Shown: positions 9,361 to 20,302 of the stretch, in pieces
Numbering within the stretch: the stretch's first letter is position 1
Layout of the letters: each line of letters starts with the position of its first letter
Source of the DNA: Escherichia coli
GTDB lineage: Bacteria; Pseudomonadota; Gammaproteobacteria; Enterobacterales; Enterobacteriaceae
Length of the DNA stretch: 64,000 nucleotides
Strand: one strand, 5' to 3'
Assembly (NCBI RefSeq): GCF_041248615.1
Contig: NZ_CP158426.1
Position numbers and translations under genes: made by a program
The notes under the pieces: generated by a model
Databases searched by the model: none
Seen by the model: only the letters and a program-made list of their open reading frames with translations
What the model was told of the DNA's origin: nothing

Positions 9361-12059
9361 GACGCCGTGATTTTTTTCGTCACCTCAGCGATATCACGCT
9401 CCGCACGCTGCCTCACATCTTTCTCCAGCTGCGTCATTTCGCGGTTAATCTCATTCTCCAGTTGCTCAACTTCAGTGCGCCGTGCAGAGGCATCAATGCG
9501 TTCATTGATCTCCCGTCCCAGATGCGTTTTATTTATCGCCCCCCTGAAAAAATCCAGGTAACCTTCGGCATCATCGCTCGCCCGACCGACGGCCTCCACG
9601 AATGTCGATTTGCCGACTGTGTTCACACTGCGAACGTAAAAATAATAATCATGGCCCGGCTTAATATTCTGGCCGGAGACAAGCCACTGACTTCCGGTAC
9701 CAAGATAACGGGCTGTGGTTTCAACCTGCCTGATATCAGCAATCCGCTTTTCCGAAAACCAGAACTCAAACTGTACCGTCGGATCATAAACCGCAAGATG
9801 CGGCGTGGCGGTTATCTGAAAATAGCCCGGCGTCAGCTCAATCCGCGATGGCGCTGCCGGTGCGGCAATCCGGAACGATACCGACGCCGGATCGCCCTGC
9901 TGCCCCCACGCATTTACCGCCCGGACTGTCAGACTGTAATTTCCCAGAGCCAGCTGCCTGAAGCGGTATGTGGTTTCCGTCGTCCGGGCCGTGCTGACCA
10001 GCCGCTCACTGCCGTCATCCGCTGCCACGGTCAGGCGAAGCATAAAGCTCACGCCCTTCACCACCTTCGGCGTATCCCAGCGTGCCAGCACCTGGTATTC
10101 CCCGCTGTCTGCGGTGACTTCTGCGGTCAGGTGTTGCACTGCTGGCGGCGTGACACCATTCACCGTGCCGCTCTGGTCGCCGTCAAAGTACGCCCCGTTA
10201 TCCACGATGGCCTCTTTTTCCGGTACATGCTGCACGGCGGTGATGGCATACGTGCCGTCGTCGTTCTCACGGATACTCACGCAGCGGAACAGGCGCTGGC
10301 GCAGCGTCGGCAGCTTCAGCCCCCACACGCTGTACTCGGCAACGCCGTCAGGAACCCGGCTCACTTTCACCTTCACGCCGTCGGTGACGGACTGAACCTC
10401 CACGCTGACCGGATTGCCACTTCCGTCAACCAGGCTTATCAGCGTGGTACCGGAGGATGGCAGCGTGATTTCACGGTCTAGCGTCAGCGTCCGGGTCTGG
10501 CTGTTCACCGCCAGCACACGACCACCGGTGCTGATACCGGCATAGTCATCATCACAGATTTCAATGACATCGCCCGGTACATGGCGAAGCCCTTCAGCAC
10601 CCACGCTGAAATCCACGGTCTGCGTCTCCAGCAGTTCTGTTTTAATCAGCCACAGCCCGGCGCGGTGTGCCTGCCCCCGGCTGGTACAGCCAAAGGCATC
10701 CATCTTCGTGACGTTACGACCGTAACGGGCAATGGCCTGCGTGTCCTCCACAAGCTCTGTCGCCGTCTCCTGGCCGTTATCCGGGTCACTCCAGTTCACC
10801 TCAACGGCATTATGGCGGTCCTTCAGGGCGCTGAAGCTGTAGCGGAACGGCGCGCCATCATCCGGCATCACCACATTACTGCGGTTATAGGTCCACACCT
10901 TATCCGACGGTCGGTCCTGCACGAACGTCAGCGTCTGCCCGTTCCATACCGGCATACAGCGCATCGCCGAGCAGAAATCACTGAGCACATCCCACGCCTT
11001 GCGCTGTGTGGTCAGCCAGGCATTACAGGTGATGCGCGGCTCCGTGCCACCAGAGCCGTCCGGCACTGACTGGTCGCAGTACTGGCCGATGACATACAGC
11101 GCCCATTTGTCCACATCCGCCGCACCAAGACGTTTCCCCATGCCGTAGCGCGGGTGGGTCAGCATATCCCACAGACACCAGGCCGGGTTATCGCTGTATG
11201 CCGGTTTAAACGTTCCGTCCCAGATACCGCTGTATTGCCGCGTCTGCGGGTTATAGTTCGACGGCACCTGCAGAATGCGCCCGCGAAGATGATAATTACG
11301 GCTCACCTGCTGGCTGCCGAACTGCTCCGAATCCACCTGCACACCGACCAGTGCCGTGTTCGGGTAGCACTGTTTCACATCGATGATTTCGGTGTATGAC
11401 GACCAGAGCGTTTTGTTCTGCAGCTGGTCTGTGGTGCTGTCCGGCGTCATCCTGCGCATCCGGATACTGAACGGGCGCGGCGGCAGGTTACCCACCACCA
11501 CCGGGGCCAGATACTGCGAGGTGGTTTTTCCCTTAATGGTGATGTCTTTTTCCGTTAACCAGCGACCGTTACGCTGTATCTGAACCAGCAGGCGGACTTC
11601 CGACGGATTCCGGTCCCCCTTTGAGGTGGTTTCCACCAGTGCCTGCACACCGAAGGTCAGGCGCAGACGGTCGATGTTTGCCGACGTGATGGTCCGGGTG
11701 ATCGGCGTGTCGTATTTCACTTCCGTACCCAGCACCGTCTCGGAGCCGGAGGATTCAAACCCCTCCGGCGGTGTCTGCTCCTGCTCACCGGCCCGGAAAA
11801 CCACCGTGACACCGGAGATATTGGTATTCCCCTCACTGTCCAGCACCGGCGTACCGTTCAGCAGCACGCTTTTTAATCCATCCACCGGTCCTTGTATCGG
11901 CCCTTCGCTGATGACATCGATCACACTCAGCAACTGCGTGGATTTCAGATTGTCCTTCGCTTCGCGCGGGGTATGCCCCTTACTGCTGCCTTTACCCATT
12001 CGTCATGCTCCATAAACGACAAAACCGCCCGGAGGCGGTTTCACATAAAATGTTTTGCA

Positions 12060-12707
12060 TCAGCGACCAATCACCACAACCTGACCACCATCCCCTTCGT
12101 CTGCCGTGCTGATCTCCTGAGAAACCACCCGTGACCCCACGCGCATTTCACCGTACAGAACGGGCAGAGCATTCCCCTGGGCAACCATGTTTTCCAGTGA
12201 GGAGAAATAGGTGTTCTGTTTGCCGTTATCCGTGGCTGATACTCCGGGCATTCTGGCTTTCGGTGCCAGCATCTGCGCCACACCACCGAGCACCATACTG
12301 GCCCCTGCCGCATACATGCCCGATAAAGCCGCAGCCCCCAGCCAGCCTGCAGGGTTCCACCATGCCACCGCAATCAGCGCCGCGCCCAGCACTGCCTGAA
12401 ACACACCACCACGTTTGGCTCCCGCCAGACGCGGCACGATGTGGATCACGGCACCATTTGCCAGCGGTTCATTAAGACGGGCTGATAATTCGTTTTCGCC
12501 TGTATCACGCCCGGCAATACGCACCTGATACCAGCCGTCGCTCAGTTTCTGACGAAACGCAGGGAGCTGCGTGGCCAGCGCCCGGATGGCTTCGGCTCCC
12601 GTTTTCACACGAAGGTCGATGCGGCGGCCAAATCGTTGCAAATCCCCGTAAAGGCAGATGCGTGCCATGCCCGGTGACGCCAGAGGGAGTGTGTGCGTCG
12701 CTGCCAT
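12060..12707 (-). CDS. I: tail assembly protein I
   Basis: Near-identical to lambda gpI from MAATHTLPLASPGMARICLYGDLQRFG. Confidence 0.85.
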   Translation of the reverse strand: MAATHTLPLASPGMARICLYGDLQRFGRRIDLRVKTGAEAIRALATQLPAFRQKLSDGWYQVRIAGRDTGENELSARLNEPLANGAVIHIVPRLAGAKRGGVFQAVLGAALIAVAWWNPAGWLGAAALSGMYAAGASMVLGGVAQMLAPKARMPGVSATDNGKQNTYFSSLENMVAQGNALPVLYGEMRVGSRVVSQEISTADEGDGGQVVVIGR

Positions 12708-13348
12708 TTGTCGGTATACCTCTCTCGTTTGCTCAGTTGTTCTGGAATATGGTGCAGCAGCCCGCCGTCGCCGCAGTAAATGGCGGCATGATTCGGCACC
12801 GATGCACCAAAACAGCACAGCAGCACGTCGCCGGGCTGCGCCTCTGTCAGTGCGACACGGTAAAAACCAGTCGCCTCCATATTGTCAAGATAGAGATTCT
12901 GACCGTTACGCCACCAGTCATCCCCGCGATGAAAATCCGGCATCTCAATTCCCGCCAGATGGTAAGCATCCCGGAACAGCGTGTAACAGTCCGTCACCCC
13001 GTGCTCAAAGCACCGCCCGGTGAGATGCGGCACACAGCGGAACTTGTGAATCGCCCCCCGGCAGACCAGCCACCACGGCAAATCACTCTGCACCTGCAGC
13101 CGCCGGTCGGCCTCACTCAGCCAGGGCAGACCACCGGGGTGACTGTGGACCAGTGCCACAATCTCACCCTGCATCTCTGCCTGCAGCCAGTCCTCCGGCG
13201 ACATCCGGAAATACGCCTCCGGCTCACCGGAGATATTCACGCAGGGGAAATATCTTTCCCCCTCCGGCGCTCTCACCACGAAGCCGCACGACTCCGCTGG
13301 CGCACATCGCCGGGCGTGCGCCAGAATCGCTGATTCTGTCTCTGTCAT
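12605..13348 (-). CDS. K: tail assembly protein K (NlpC/P60 plus JAB/MPN)
   Basis: Near-identical to lambda gpK from MTETESAILAHARRCAPAESCGFV. Confidence 0.85.
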   Translation of the reverse strand: MTETESAILAHARRCAPAESCGFVVRAPEGERYFPCVNISGEPEAYFRMSPEDWLQAEMQGEIVALVHSHPGGLPWLSEADRRLQVQSDLPWWLVCRGAIHKFRCVPHLTGRCFEHGVTDCYTLFRDAYHLAGIEMPDFHRGDDWWRNGQNLYLDNMEATGFYRVALTEAQPGDVLLCCFGASVPNHAAIYCGDGGLLHHIPEQLSKRERYTDKWQRRTHSLWRHRAWHASAFTGICNDLAAASTFV

Positions 13349-13352
13349 GGAA

Positions 13353-14051
13353 TTACTGCGAAAGTTTGTGAATGGAAAGAAAACCGCCAAAGTTGCCGAC
13401 GTTATTGCGGAACTTACAGCCGCTCAGGCATTTGCTGCATTTATCCTTCGTGATATCGGACGTCGGCTGATCATATTCATCCGCGACCGCCGGACCGCTA
13501 TAACCGCACTCATCGCCGCGATAGGTCCAGGTGCAGGTGTTGGCCAGCATAATACGTCCCGGAAAAACAGCGCCGTCCGTTTCCGTCGGCGTGGCCAGTA
13601 CAAAGGTCGCGCTGACCGCTGTCAAATCACTGCACTGCTCGATGCGCCAGCGGCTGATCACCTCCTGCTCCGGATCGGCGTCACTGTTTCCGTTGACGAA
13701 GTTCACCGCATCCAGAAAACGGGCATAAACTTTACGCCGGACCACCGTTCCGCCGACCAGACTCTGCATATCTTCCACCATACCGGTGACCATACCGTAC
13801 AGGTTAGAAACCGTCAGCGTGGGGCGCGTACTGGTACCTTTGCCATTCAGTTCAAAACCACTCCCCTGAATGGGATACGGCTGATACTGCCGCTCCTGCC
13901 AGGTGACCGGCTCACCTTTTTCGTTCTGCTCATTACAGAAAAAATAACGTTCGCCACCGACCTCTGTCAGATCAATTTCCCAGAGCACCACGCTGGCCGA
14001 CTGCTCCGCACGGGTGCATTCATTCAGTGTTTCCTGCCGGATATCCTGCAT
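13353..14051 (-). CDS. L: minor tail protein L
   Basis: Lambda gpL homolog, 232 aa. Confidence 0.9.
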   Translation of the reverse strand: MQDIRQETLNECTRAEQSASVVLWEIDLTEVGGERYFFCNEQNEKGEPVTWQERQYQPYPIQGSGFELNGKGTSTRPTLTVSNLYGMVTGMVEDMQSLVGGTVVRRKVYARFLDAVNFVNGNSDADPEQEVISRWRIEQCSDLTAVSATFVLATPTETDGAVFPGRIMLANTCTWTYRGDECGYSGPAVADEYDQPTSDITKDKCSKCLSGCKFRNNVGNFGGFLSIHKLSQ

Positions 14052-14380
14052 CAGTTCACCACCTGTTCAAACTCTGCGCTGAACTCAACACGCAGCATAC
14101 TGACCCGCGACGACCATTTTGCGCAGGTCACCTTTATCTGCCGCCACTCATAAGGCGGCGTCCACAGAAAGGCCTTCCAGCCCCCGTGCTCAGCCAGAAA
14201 CGACTCCAGCGCCGTGGCCTCCCAACGGGGAACAGAAAGCGTCACGCTGTACGTTTTCAGGTCGGCATTCAGCCCGGCAGGCGCTCGCTGGGAATAGCCA
14301 TCACCAAAGCGCACCTTTCTTACAGAAGGGGCCGAAGCCACATCCATACCGGGTTTCACTTTCCAGCGGAAGGTTTTCAT
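14051..14380 (-). CDS. M: minor tail protein M
   Basis: Lambda gpM homolog, 109 aa. Confidence 0.9.
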   Translation of the reverse strand: MKTFRWKVKPGMDVASAPSVRKVRFGDGYSQRAPAGLNADLKTYSVTLSVPRWEATALESFLAEHGGWKAFLWTPPYEWRQIKVTCAKWSSRVSMLRVEFSAEFEQVVN

Positions 14381-16956
14381 CGTCCACCTCCGGAGAACAG
14401 GCCACCATCACGCATCTGTGTCTGAATTTCATCACGGGCACCCTTGCGGGCCATGTCATACACTGCCTTCATCATCTGTGGACCTGGCAGACCATTCGTA
14501 CCGTCGTTCTGAATCACCACGTGATTGTTCTGATTAAAATTAATGCCTTCAGCCCGCCGCATCTGCGCCGGACTTCCGGTGCCACCGACATAACCACCAG
14601 TGGCATAGCCGCGCATCAGCCGGTAGAGATTCCCCACGCCAATCCGGCTGGTTGCCTCCTTCGTGAAGACAAATTCACCACGGTGAACAATCCCCGCTGG
14701 CTCATATTTGCCGCCGGTTCCCGTAAATCCTCCGGTCGCAAAATGGAATTTTGCCGCAGCAGCCTGAATGGCTGTACCGCCTGACACTGATGCGCCACCA
14801 CCGGCAGCACCGCCAATGACGCTGCCGATACTCCCGACAATCCCCACCATTGCCTGCTTAACCAGAATTTCTGTCATCATGGACAGCACGGAACGGGTGA
14901 AGCTGCGCCAGTTCTGTTCACTGCCGGTCAGCATCGCCGCCATATTCTGCGCAATACCATCAAAGGTCTGCGTGGCAGCACTTTTAACCTGCGACATACT
15001 GTCCGTGGCGCTCTCTTCCCACTCACTCCAGCCGGACTTCAGGCCTGCCATCCAGCTCCCGCGAAGCAGGTCTTCAGCCGCCCAGGTCTTTTTCTGCTCT
15101 GACATGACGTTATTCAGCGCCAGCGGATTATCGCCATACTGTTCCTTCAGGCGCTGTTCCGTGGCTTCCCGTTCTGCCTGCCGGTCAGTCAGCCCCCGGC
15201 TTTTCGCATCAATGGCGGCCCGTTTTGCCCGTTGCTGCTGTGCGAATTTATCCGCCTGCTGCGCCAGCGCGTTCAGGCGCTCCTGATACGTAACCTTGTC
15301 GCCAAGTGCAGCCAGCTGGCGTTTGTACTCCAGCGTCTCATCTTTATGCGCCAGCAGGGATTTCTCCTGTGCAGACAGCTGGCGACGTTGCGCCGCCTCC
15401 TCCAGTACCGCGAACTGACTCTCCGCCTTCCACAAATCCCGGCGCTGCTGGCTGATTTTCTCATTTGCTCCGGCATGCTTCTCCAGCGTCCGGAGTTCAG
15501 CCTGAAGCGTCAGCAGGGCAGCATGAGCACTGTCTTCCTGACGATCGCCCGCAGACACCTTCACGCCGGACTGTTTCGGCTTTTTCAGCGTCGCTTCATA
15601 ATCCTTTTTCGCCGCCGCCATCAGCGTGTTGTAATCTGCCTGCAGGATTTTCCCGTCTTTCAGTGCCTTGTTCAGTTCTTCCTGACGGGCGGTATATTTC
15701 TCCAGCGGTGTCTGCAGGCGTTCGTAAGCCTTCTGCGCCTCTTCGGTATATTTCAGCCGTGATGCCTCAGAGTCGGCCCAGTCCTTTGCTGCCATCTCTC
15801 TGGCCTTTTCAAGATCGGCCTGCAACGTGGCGGCTGAAAGCCCAAGTTGCGCATTCGCTCTGTCCTCCCATGCTCCCCGGAGATTGGCAAGAAATGCTGA
15901 GGTTTTACCGCGCCGGTGGCTCCGGCTCTGATACCACTGCCATTTTTTGTCCGCCTCATCAAAAGCCTTTTCTGCTTTCTCCAGCATTTCCCGGGCAGTG
16001 TCCGGGCGACCAATATCCAGCACCGAATCCCACATGGATTTGAATGCCCGCGCTGTCCTGTCTGCCCAGGTCTCCAGCGTGCCCATGTTCTCTTTCAGGC
16101 GGCGGGTCTGGTCATCAAACCCTTTCGTTGCGGCCTCGTTCGCCGCCTGCAATGCCCCTGCCTCATCGCCGGAACGCTGCAACTGAGCAACATACGCAAT
16201 CTGCTCCGCCGTCACGTTATGGAACTGACGCGCCATCGCTGTCAGCCCTGACGTCGGGTCTGTGGTCAGCTTCCCGAAGGCTTCAGCGACCTTGTCCACC
16301 TCCACGCCGGATGCAGAGGAGAAACGCGCCACACTCTGGCTGATGGACGCAATCTGAGCCTCACCGCTTACCCCCGCCTTAACCAGTGCGCTGAGTGACT
16401 CGCTGGTCTGGTTAAACGTCAGCCCTGCCGCCTGCCCGGCTCTGGACAGGACCAGCATACGATCTGCCGTCAGACCCGACTGATTGCCGGAAAGGACCAG
16501 CGTTTTGTTGAAATCGGACAGGGTTGAGTTGCCCTGATACCAGGCATACGCCAGCGCACCGGTCGCCACCGCCAGCGAGGTGGCCCCGACCATCGGCAGG
16601 GTGATCGCACCGGCAAGCCCCCTGAACATGGGGATCATCCCGCCGAAGGAGTCCTTCACCTGCCCCCCCTGTTGCAGCAGGATCAGCCACGGACTTTGCC
16701 CGCCTGCAAGCTGCGTGGCCACGTCGGTGAACTGTGCAGGCAGCATACGCATGGCGGCTTTATACTGCCCGACGGAAATCCCCGCTTTCTGTGCAGCCAG
16801 CGCCTGCCGGTTCATTGACTGTTCAACGACTGCCGCTGTTTTTTTCGCATCACTTTCCGTACCGGAAAAATGACGCCTGACTCTGGCCATCTGCTCGTCA
16901 AATCTGGCCGCATCCAGACTTAAATCAACGACCAGATCGCCTACCGGTTCAGCCAT
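14377..16956 (-). CDS. H: tail tape measure protein H
   Basis: 859 aa, lambda gpH-like. Confidence 0.9.
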   Translation of the reverse strand: MAEPVGDLVVDLSLDAARFDEQMARVRRHFSGTESDAKKTAAVVEQSMNRQALAAQKAGISVGQYKAAMRMLPAQFTDVATQLAGGQSPWLILLQQGGQVKDSFGGMIPMFRGLAGAITLPMVGATSLAVATGALAYAWYQGNSTLSDFNKTLVLSGNQSGLTADRMLVLSRAGQAAGLTFNQTSESLSALVKAGVSGEAQIASISQSVARFSSASGVEVDKVAEAFGKLTTDPTSGLTAMARQFHNVTAEQIAYVAQLQRSGDEAGALQAANEAATKGFDDQTRRLKENMGTLETWADRTARAFKSMWDSVLDIGRPDTAREMLEKAEKAFDEADKKWQWYQSRSHRRGKTSAFLANLRGAWEDRANAQLGLSAATLQADLEKAREMAAKDWADSEASRLKYTEEAQKAYERLQTPLEKYTARQEELNKALKDGKILQADYNTLMAAAKKDYEATLKKPKQSGVKVSAGDRQEDSAHAALLTLQAELRTLEKHAGANEKISQQRRDLWKAESQFAVLEEAAQRRQLSAQEKSLLAHKDETLEYKRQLAALGDKVTYQERLNALAQQADKFAQQQRAKRAAIDAKSRGLTDRQAEREATEQRLKEQYGDNPLALNNVMSEQKKTWAAEDLLRGSWMAGLKSGWSEWEESATDSMSQVKSAATQTFDGIAQNMAAMLTGSEQNWRSFTRSVLSMMTEILVKQAMVGIVGSIGSVIGGAAGGGASVSGGTAIQAAAAKFHFATGGFTGTGGKYEPAGIVHRGEFVFTKEATSRIGVGNLYRLMRGYATGGYVGGTGSPAQMRRAEGINFNQNNHVVIQNDGTNGLPGPQMMKAVYDMARKGARDEIQTQMRDGGLFSGGGR

Positions 16957-17383
16957 ACCGGACTCCTCCTGCGATCCCTTCTGATACTGTCATCAGCATT
17001 ACGTCATCCTCCGTCATGTCCGCCACATCCGGGGAAGCGGGGATAACTTCATTCCCGTCCGGGCCAAAGCGGACACCTCCGGCAAGCCCTGCCGCTTTCT
17101 GCATCAGCACATCATCTTCAGGCTCTTCGTCAGCCTCACGCCGGTTCAGCAAACTGAAATCCAGCGGATGCATATCCGGATCGCTGAAAAACAGGCTGAG
17201 CACGGTGTACGTCAGCCCGGAAAAGTGCATATCCAGCAGAACATCATGAAAATAATGGGTACTGTAAAAGCGGTGCCAGTCGGCATACTCCGTGGATGAC
17301 ATCCCGGCAAGCATGGCACGCCAGTCGGGTCGCCCCATCTCACGCGCCAGTTTCAGGGCAAAACTCAGCTCACCGTCGAACAC
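16949..17383 (-). CDS. T: tail assembly protein T, expected to be made as a G-T fusion by -1 frameshift
   Basis: Lambda gpT-like ORF beginning at the slippery site near the end of G. Confidence 0.85.
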   Translation of the reverse strand: MFDGELSFALKLAREMGRPDWRAMLAGMSSTEYADWHRFYSTHYFHDVLLDMHFSGLTYTVLSLFFSDPDMHPLDFSLLNRREADEEPEDDVLMQKAAGLAGGVRFGPDGNEVIPASPDVADMTEDDVMLMTVSEGIAGGVRYG

Positions 17384-17787
17384 TTTCCCGCAGAAACAGG
17401 CTCTGCAGGCCCGGCGTCATCTGCCTGTTCAGGGGCATTATTCACCACAAACTCATACATACCGGACAGCCGGTACACCACGTTTTCAGCATGATAAATT
17501 GCCTGTGTGGGCCAGGTGGTAAGCACTTCCTGCTCAATCTGTTTAACGGCTTCATTCATGGAAGGCTGCTTTGTCTTCTGCGGATGGTTATGCCACAGGG
17601 ACATCGCCACCAGAAACGCGCCGGTTCTGATGGCGTCTTCCACAGTAAACTTCCGGTTGCTGTCTGACTCCGCCTGTTCTGCCTGCCGTTTCATCAGGGC
17701 GAGATGCTCAATACGCTGCAGGGCTGACAGTTCAGAAAGCGTGACGGTCACGCCGTTATGTTCAAATTGTTCTGTTTTCAGAAACAT
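17365..17787 (-). CDS. G: tail assembly chaperone G
   Basis: 140 aa, near-identical to lambda gpG. Confidence 0.9.
   Translation of the reverse strand: MFLKTEQFEHNGVTVTLSELSALQRIEHLALMKRQAEQAESDSNRKFTVEDAIRTGAFLVAMSLWHNHPQKTKQPSMNEAVKQIEQEVLTTWPTQAIYHAENVVYRLSGMYEFVVNNAPEQADDAGPAEPVSAGKCSTVS
17383..17389 (-). other. programmed -1 frameshift slippery heptamer GGGAAAG (G to G-T)
   Basis: Minus-strand GGGAAAG at the G/T overlap, same motif and position as lambda. Confidence 0.7.
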
Positions 17788-17800
17788 GTATTACCTCCGT

Positions 17801-18553
17801 TTACCCTGCAGCGCCCGCTTCAGTAACGGTGACTTCAGCCACTGCGGCGAACTGACCATTTCCGCTCACCACAGGGATCTGCACCTTACCTGTCGCCACG
17901 CCGTTTACCGTAATTGTCATATCTTTCACACTAATGGTGGCTTTCGACGGATCGGCGGAAACCGCTCTGAACGTCTTGTCGGTTGCACTTTCCGGCTCAA
18001 AAGAAACCGTCAGGGTGGTTGTTTTCCCTTTTGCCACCGTACCGGATGTCGGCGTCACCTTAATCGCACTGACCGGCGTAATTTTGCTGCGTTCTTCCGC
18101 TACAGAAGGTTTACCCACGTTAGTGACTTTCACCGTGCGGGTGATCACTTCTTTCGCCGTCACCGCCTTACCGATGCTGCTGACCCAGCCGCGGAACACA
18201 TCGACCGTGCCGTTCGGGAAGCGGATTTTATAGGCACGGGTATCACCTTCATTAAACCACGCCAGCAGCGCCTGCTGCCCCTGCTCTCCGGGCATCCACG
18301 CCAGCGTGAAGCTGGTATCTCCGGCGGATTTCTGCCCCTGTCCGGTCGCGGCCCAGTCCGCATCTTCATCATCGAGATAACTGTCGTCATAGGACTCAGC
18401 GGTCAGTTCGCCGGGCGTCAGGTCTTTAACTTTAGCCAGACGCGACCAGTCAACGTCTGAAAGCGGGTTCGCATAAGGGTCACCGTTCCCCTTATAAACC
18501 CACAGTGTGGTCCCGGCCCCTTTCACCGGTGCCAGAGGATTTGGTGTTGGCAT
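17801..18553 (-). CDS. V: major tail protein V
   Basis: Lambda gpV-like from [29 protein letters not shown]. Confidence 0.9.
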   Translation of the reverse strand: MPTPNPLAPVKGAGTTLWVYKGNGDPYANPLSDVDWSRLAKVKDLTPGELTAESYDDSYLDDEDADWAATGQGQKSAGDTSFTLAWMPGEQGQQALLAWFNEGDTRAYKIRFPNGTVDVFRGWVSSIGKAVTAKEVITRTVKVTNVGKPSVAEERSKITPVSAIKVTPTSGTVAKGKTTTLTVSFEPESATDKTFRAVSADPSKATISVKDMTITVNGVATGKVQIPVVSGNGQFAAVAEVTVTEAGAAG

Positions 18554-18560
18554 ATCGTCC

Positions 18561-18956
18561 TCACATTTCATAGGTAATGACATAAGTCAGATCGGCTGAA
18601 CTCCACAGGCCCGCATCATCGTCGCGCCGGTAGTCATAGCCACTGGCCACCATACTGGTGATCAAATCTGACAGTGCCGGGATATCACTCATCACCGGAT
18701 AAATCCGGGACTCCATCCACGCATCCAGCTCTGAATCCGGCACCTGAGCAGGCAGGAAAACTTCAATATGCAGCTCCGCCTGCCAGGTATCGCTGTCCAG
18801 CTCTTCGCCCGTGTATTCAGCGCCGGTGAGATAAACGGCAACTGCCGGAAAATCCGCCTCATCAAAAACAGCGGGGCGACCATCAAAAAGCGTCGCCCCG
18901 GTGTCATGCTTCTCCAGTGCATCCAGTACGGCTGTACGGAGTTCAGTATTTTTCAT
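18561..18956 (-). CDS. U: tail terminator protein U
   Basis: 131 aa, near-identical to lambda gpU. Confidence 0.9.
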   Translation of the reverse strand: MKNTELRTAVLDALEKHDTGATLFDGRPAVFDEADFPAVAVYLTGAEYTGEELDSDTWQAELHIEVFLPAQVPDSELDAWMESRIYPVMSDIPALSDLITSMVASGYDYRRDDDAGLWSSADLTYVITYEM

Positions 18957-19528
18957 CGCTTTATCACAATCCTCAGTTGTTGTTTCAGCGCATAGCTCAG
19001 TTCTTTTGGCAGACGTTCGCGTCGGATACGGTTAACGTTCTCATCAAAAGCCTGTTTCAGTGGGGCCGACATCGGAATTTTCACCACCTGAATGGGAAGA
19101 CGATTACGCTTTTTCCTTCCCTTATCGTCATTGCCCTTCGCATACCTGGCTTCTGGCAGACGTTGCATAACATGCCAGCGCCCATTATTCAGTCGCTGGA
19201 TGAATGCCCGCTGATAACGATGCTGACCGGCTTTGAGTATGCTGTTCGGGCGACGTCCCAGCATCCTGATCCCCAGCTTAATCACAGGAAGATCGCCGCG
19301 GTTAACGATAATTTTTGCGTTCGGATTTCTGACCGTAGCCCGTTTCAGTCTGGATCGCTGTTTAACCAGTTTTCTCGGCACCCGGGTTTCACGGGCGACC
19401 TGAGACGAAGACTGATTAATCGCCGTTGTGGCCACGCGGTTAATGGCCATTGCTGACGCACCGGGCACCGCCGTTCTGCTGATACGGCTGAGGTTTTCAA
19501 CGGCCTGCTCAAGACCCTGTATGGCCAT
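18953..19528 (-). CDS. Z: tail completion protein Z
   Basis: 191 aa, lambda gpZ-like. Confidence 0.9.
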   Translation of the reverse strand: MAIQGLEQAVENLSRISRTAVPGASAMAINRVATTAINQSSSQVARETRVPRKLVKQRSRLKRATVRNPNAKIIVNRGDLPVIKLGIRMLGRRPNSILKAGQHRYQRAFIQRLNNGRWHVMQRLPEARYAKGNDDKGRKKRNRLPIQVVKIPMSAPLKQAFDENVNRIRRERLPKELSYALKQQLRIVIKR

Positions 19529-19539
19529 ACATCCCCCTT

Positions 19540-19902
19540 TCAGCGGCGACGATTAACGGCAGGCGGTACGCCCCGCCCAAGCCAGAGATGACAGCTTCCG
19601 CCATCATCCGGCGAAACCCGGTCTATCCAGAAGTTTTCCTCACCGATGGTCAGCGTGTCTCCACGCCGCAGTTGCCGCACATCATCAGTCCGGACAAACA
19701 GGGACGGGCTGGAGCCTTCAACGCGCACGCCCTGTCCGGCATAGCTGATATTTTCAGGGTCATCAAAAACACCACGTATTACTGCGCCGGGCTGCTCACC
19801 GGATGTAATGGTGGCTGACGTTCCCATATGCCCGCGTATCGTTTCATCAGCCCGGGCAATGGCTGTATCAAAACCGTTATCCCTGATATTAATAACTTTC
19901 AT
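19540..19902 (-). CDS. FII: head-tail connector protein FII
   Basis: Near-identical to lambda gpFII from the internal Met. Confidence 0.9.
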   Translation of the reverse strand: MKVINIRDNGFDTAIARADETIRGHMGTSATITSGEQPGAVIRGVFDDPENISYAGQGVRVEGSSPSLFVRTDDVRQLRRGDTLTIGEENFWIDRVSPDDGGSCHLWLGRGVPPAVNRRR

Positions 19903-20251
19903 CTGTAACAAGCCCCTCCAGGACAAGTTCCGCAACATTCACTGGATCAACTCTGACAGTCATACCTGTAACAACAATCTCCATATCACTGTCATCATGC
20001 GGATGTTTTCCCGCCACATGCAGGGTTTTGAGTACACGAACAGTGCTCATTTCATCCCCGCCAGTGGAGTAGCTATACGTCATCAAATGCCTTTCGTTCT
20101 CATCACTCGCCTGGTTTTTGTCCTCTGCTTCCTCTTCCCATTCCGCCACCCGCTGCGCTATCTCTGCGGCACTCCCGGATATATCCGGCTCACGCCCCAG
20201 AATCCGGGCCAGTTCATCAAGCCGTTTCAGATTTTGCTCTTTCGTTGCCAT
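19889..20251 (-). CDS. FI: DNA packaging protein FI
   Basis: MATKEQNLKRLDELARILG... resembles lambda gpFI; correct position. Confidence 0.7.
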   Translation of the reverse strand: MATKEQNLKRLDELARILGREPDISGSAAEIAQRVAEWEEEAEDKNQASDENERHLMTYSYSTGGDEMSTVRVLKTLHVAGKHPHDDSDMEIVVTGMTVRVDPVNVAELVLEGLVTDESY

Positions 20252-20302
20252 ATCAGGCCTCTGTGAAAAAAGACACGGGGGCATTTCGCCCCCGCTCACG
20301 GA

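Larger units (their letters stand above)
6771..11999 (-). pseudogene. J: tail tip host-specificity protein J, split by an IS256-family insertion
   Basis: N-terminal part (11999 down to 8740) is lambda J-like; the C-terminal fragment (7424 down to 6771) is in frame once the IS and one target duplication copy are removed. Confidence 0.85.

Noticed and set aside
9064-11583. Plus-strand ORFs of 141 to 339 aa
   Set aside because: Antisense to the well-supported J gene; Arg/Cys-rich translations typical of spurious antisense ORFs
12071-14425. Multiple plus-strand ORFs across the I, K, L and M genes
   Set aside because: Antisense to near-identical lambda tail gene homologs
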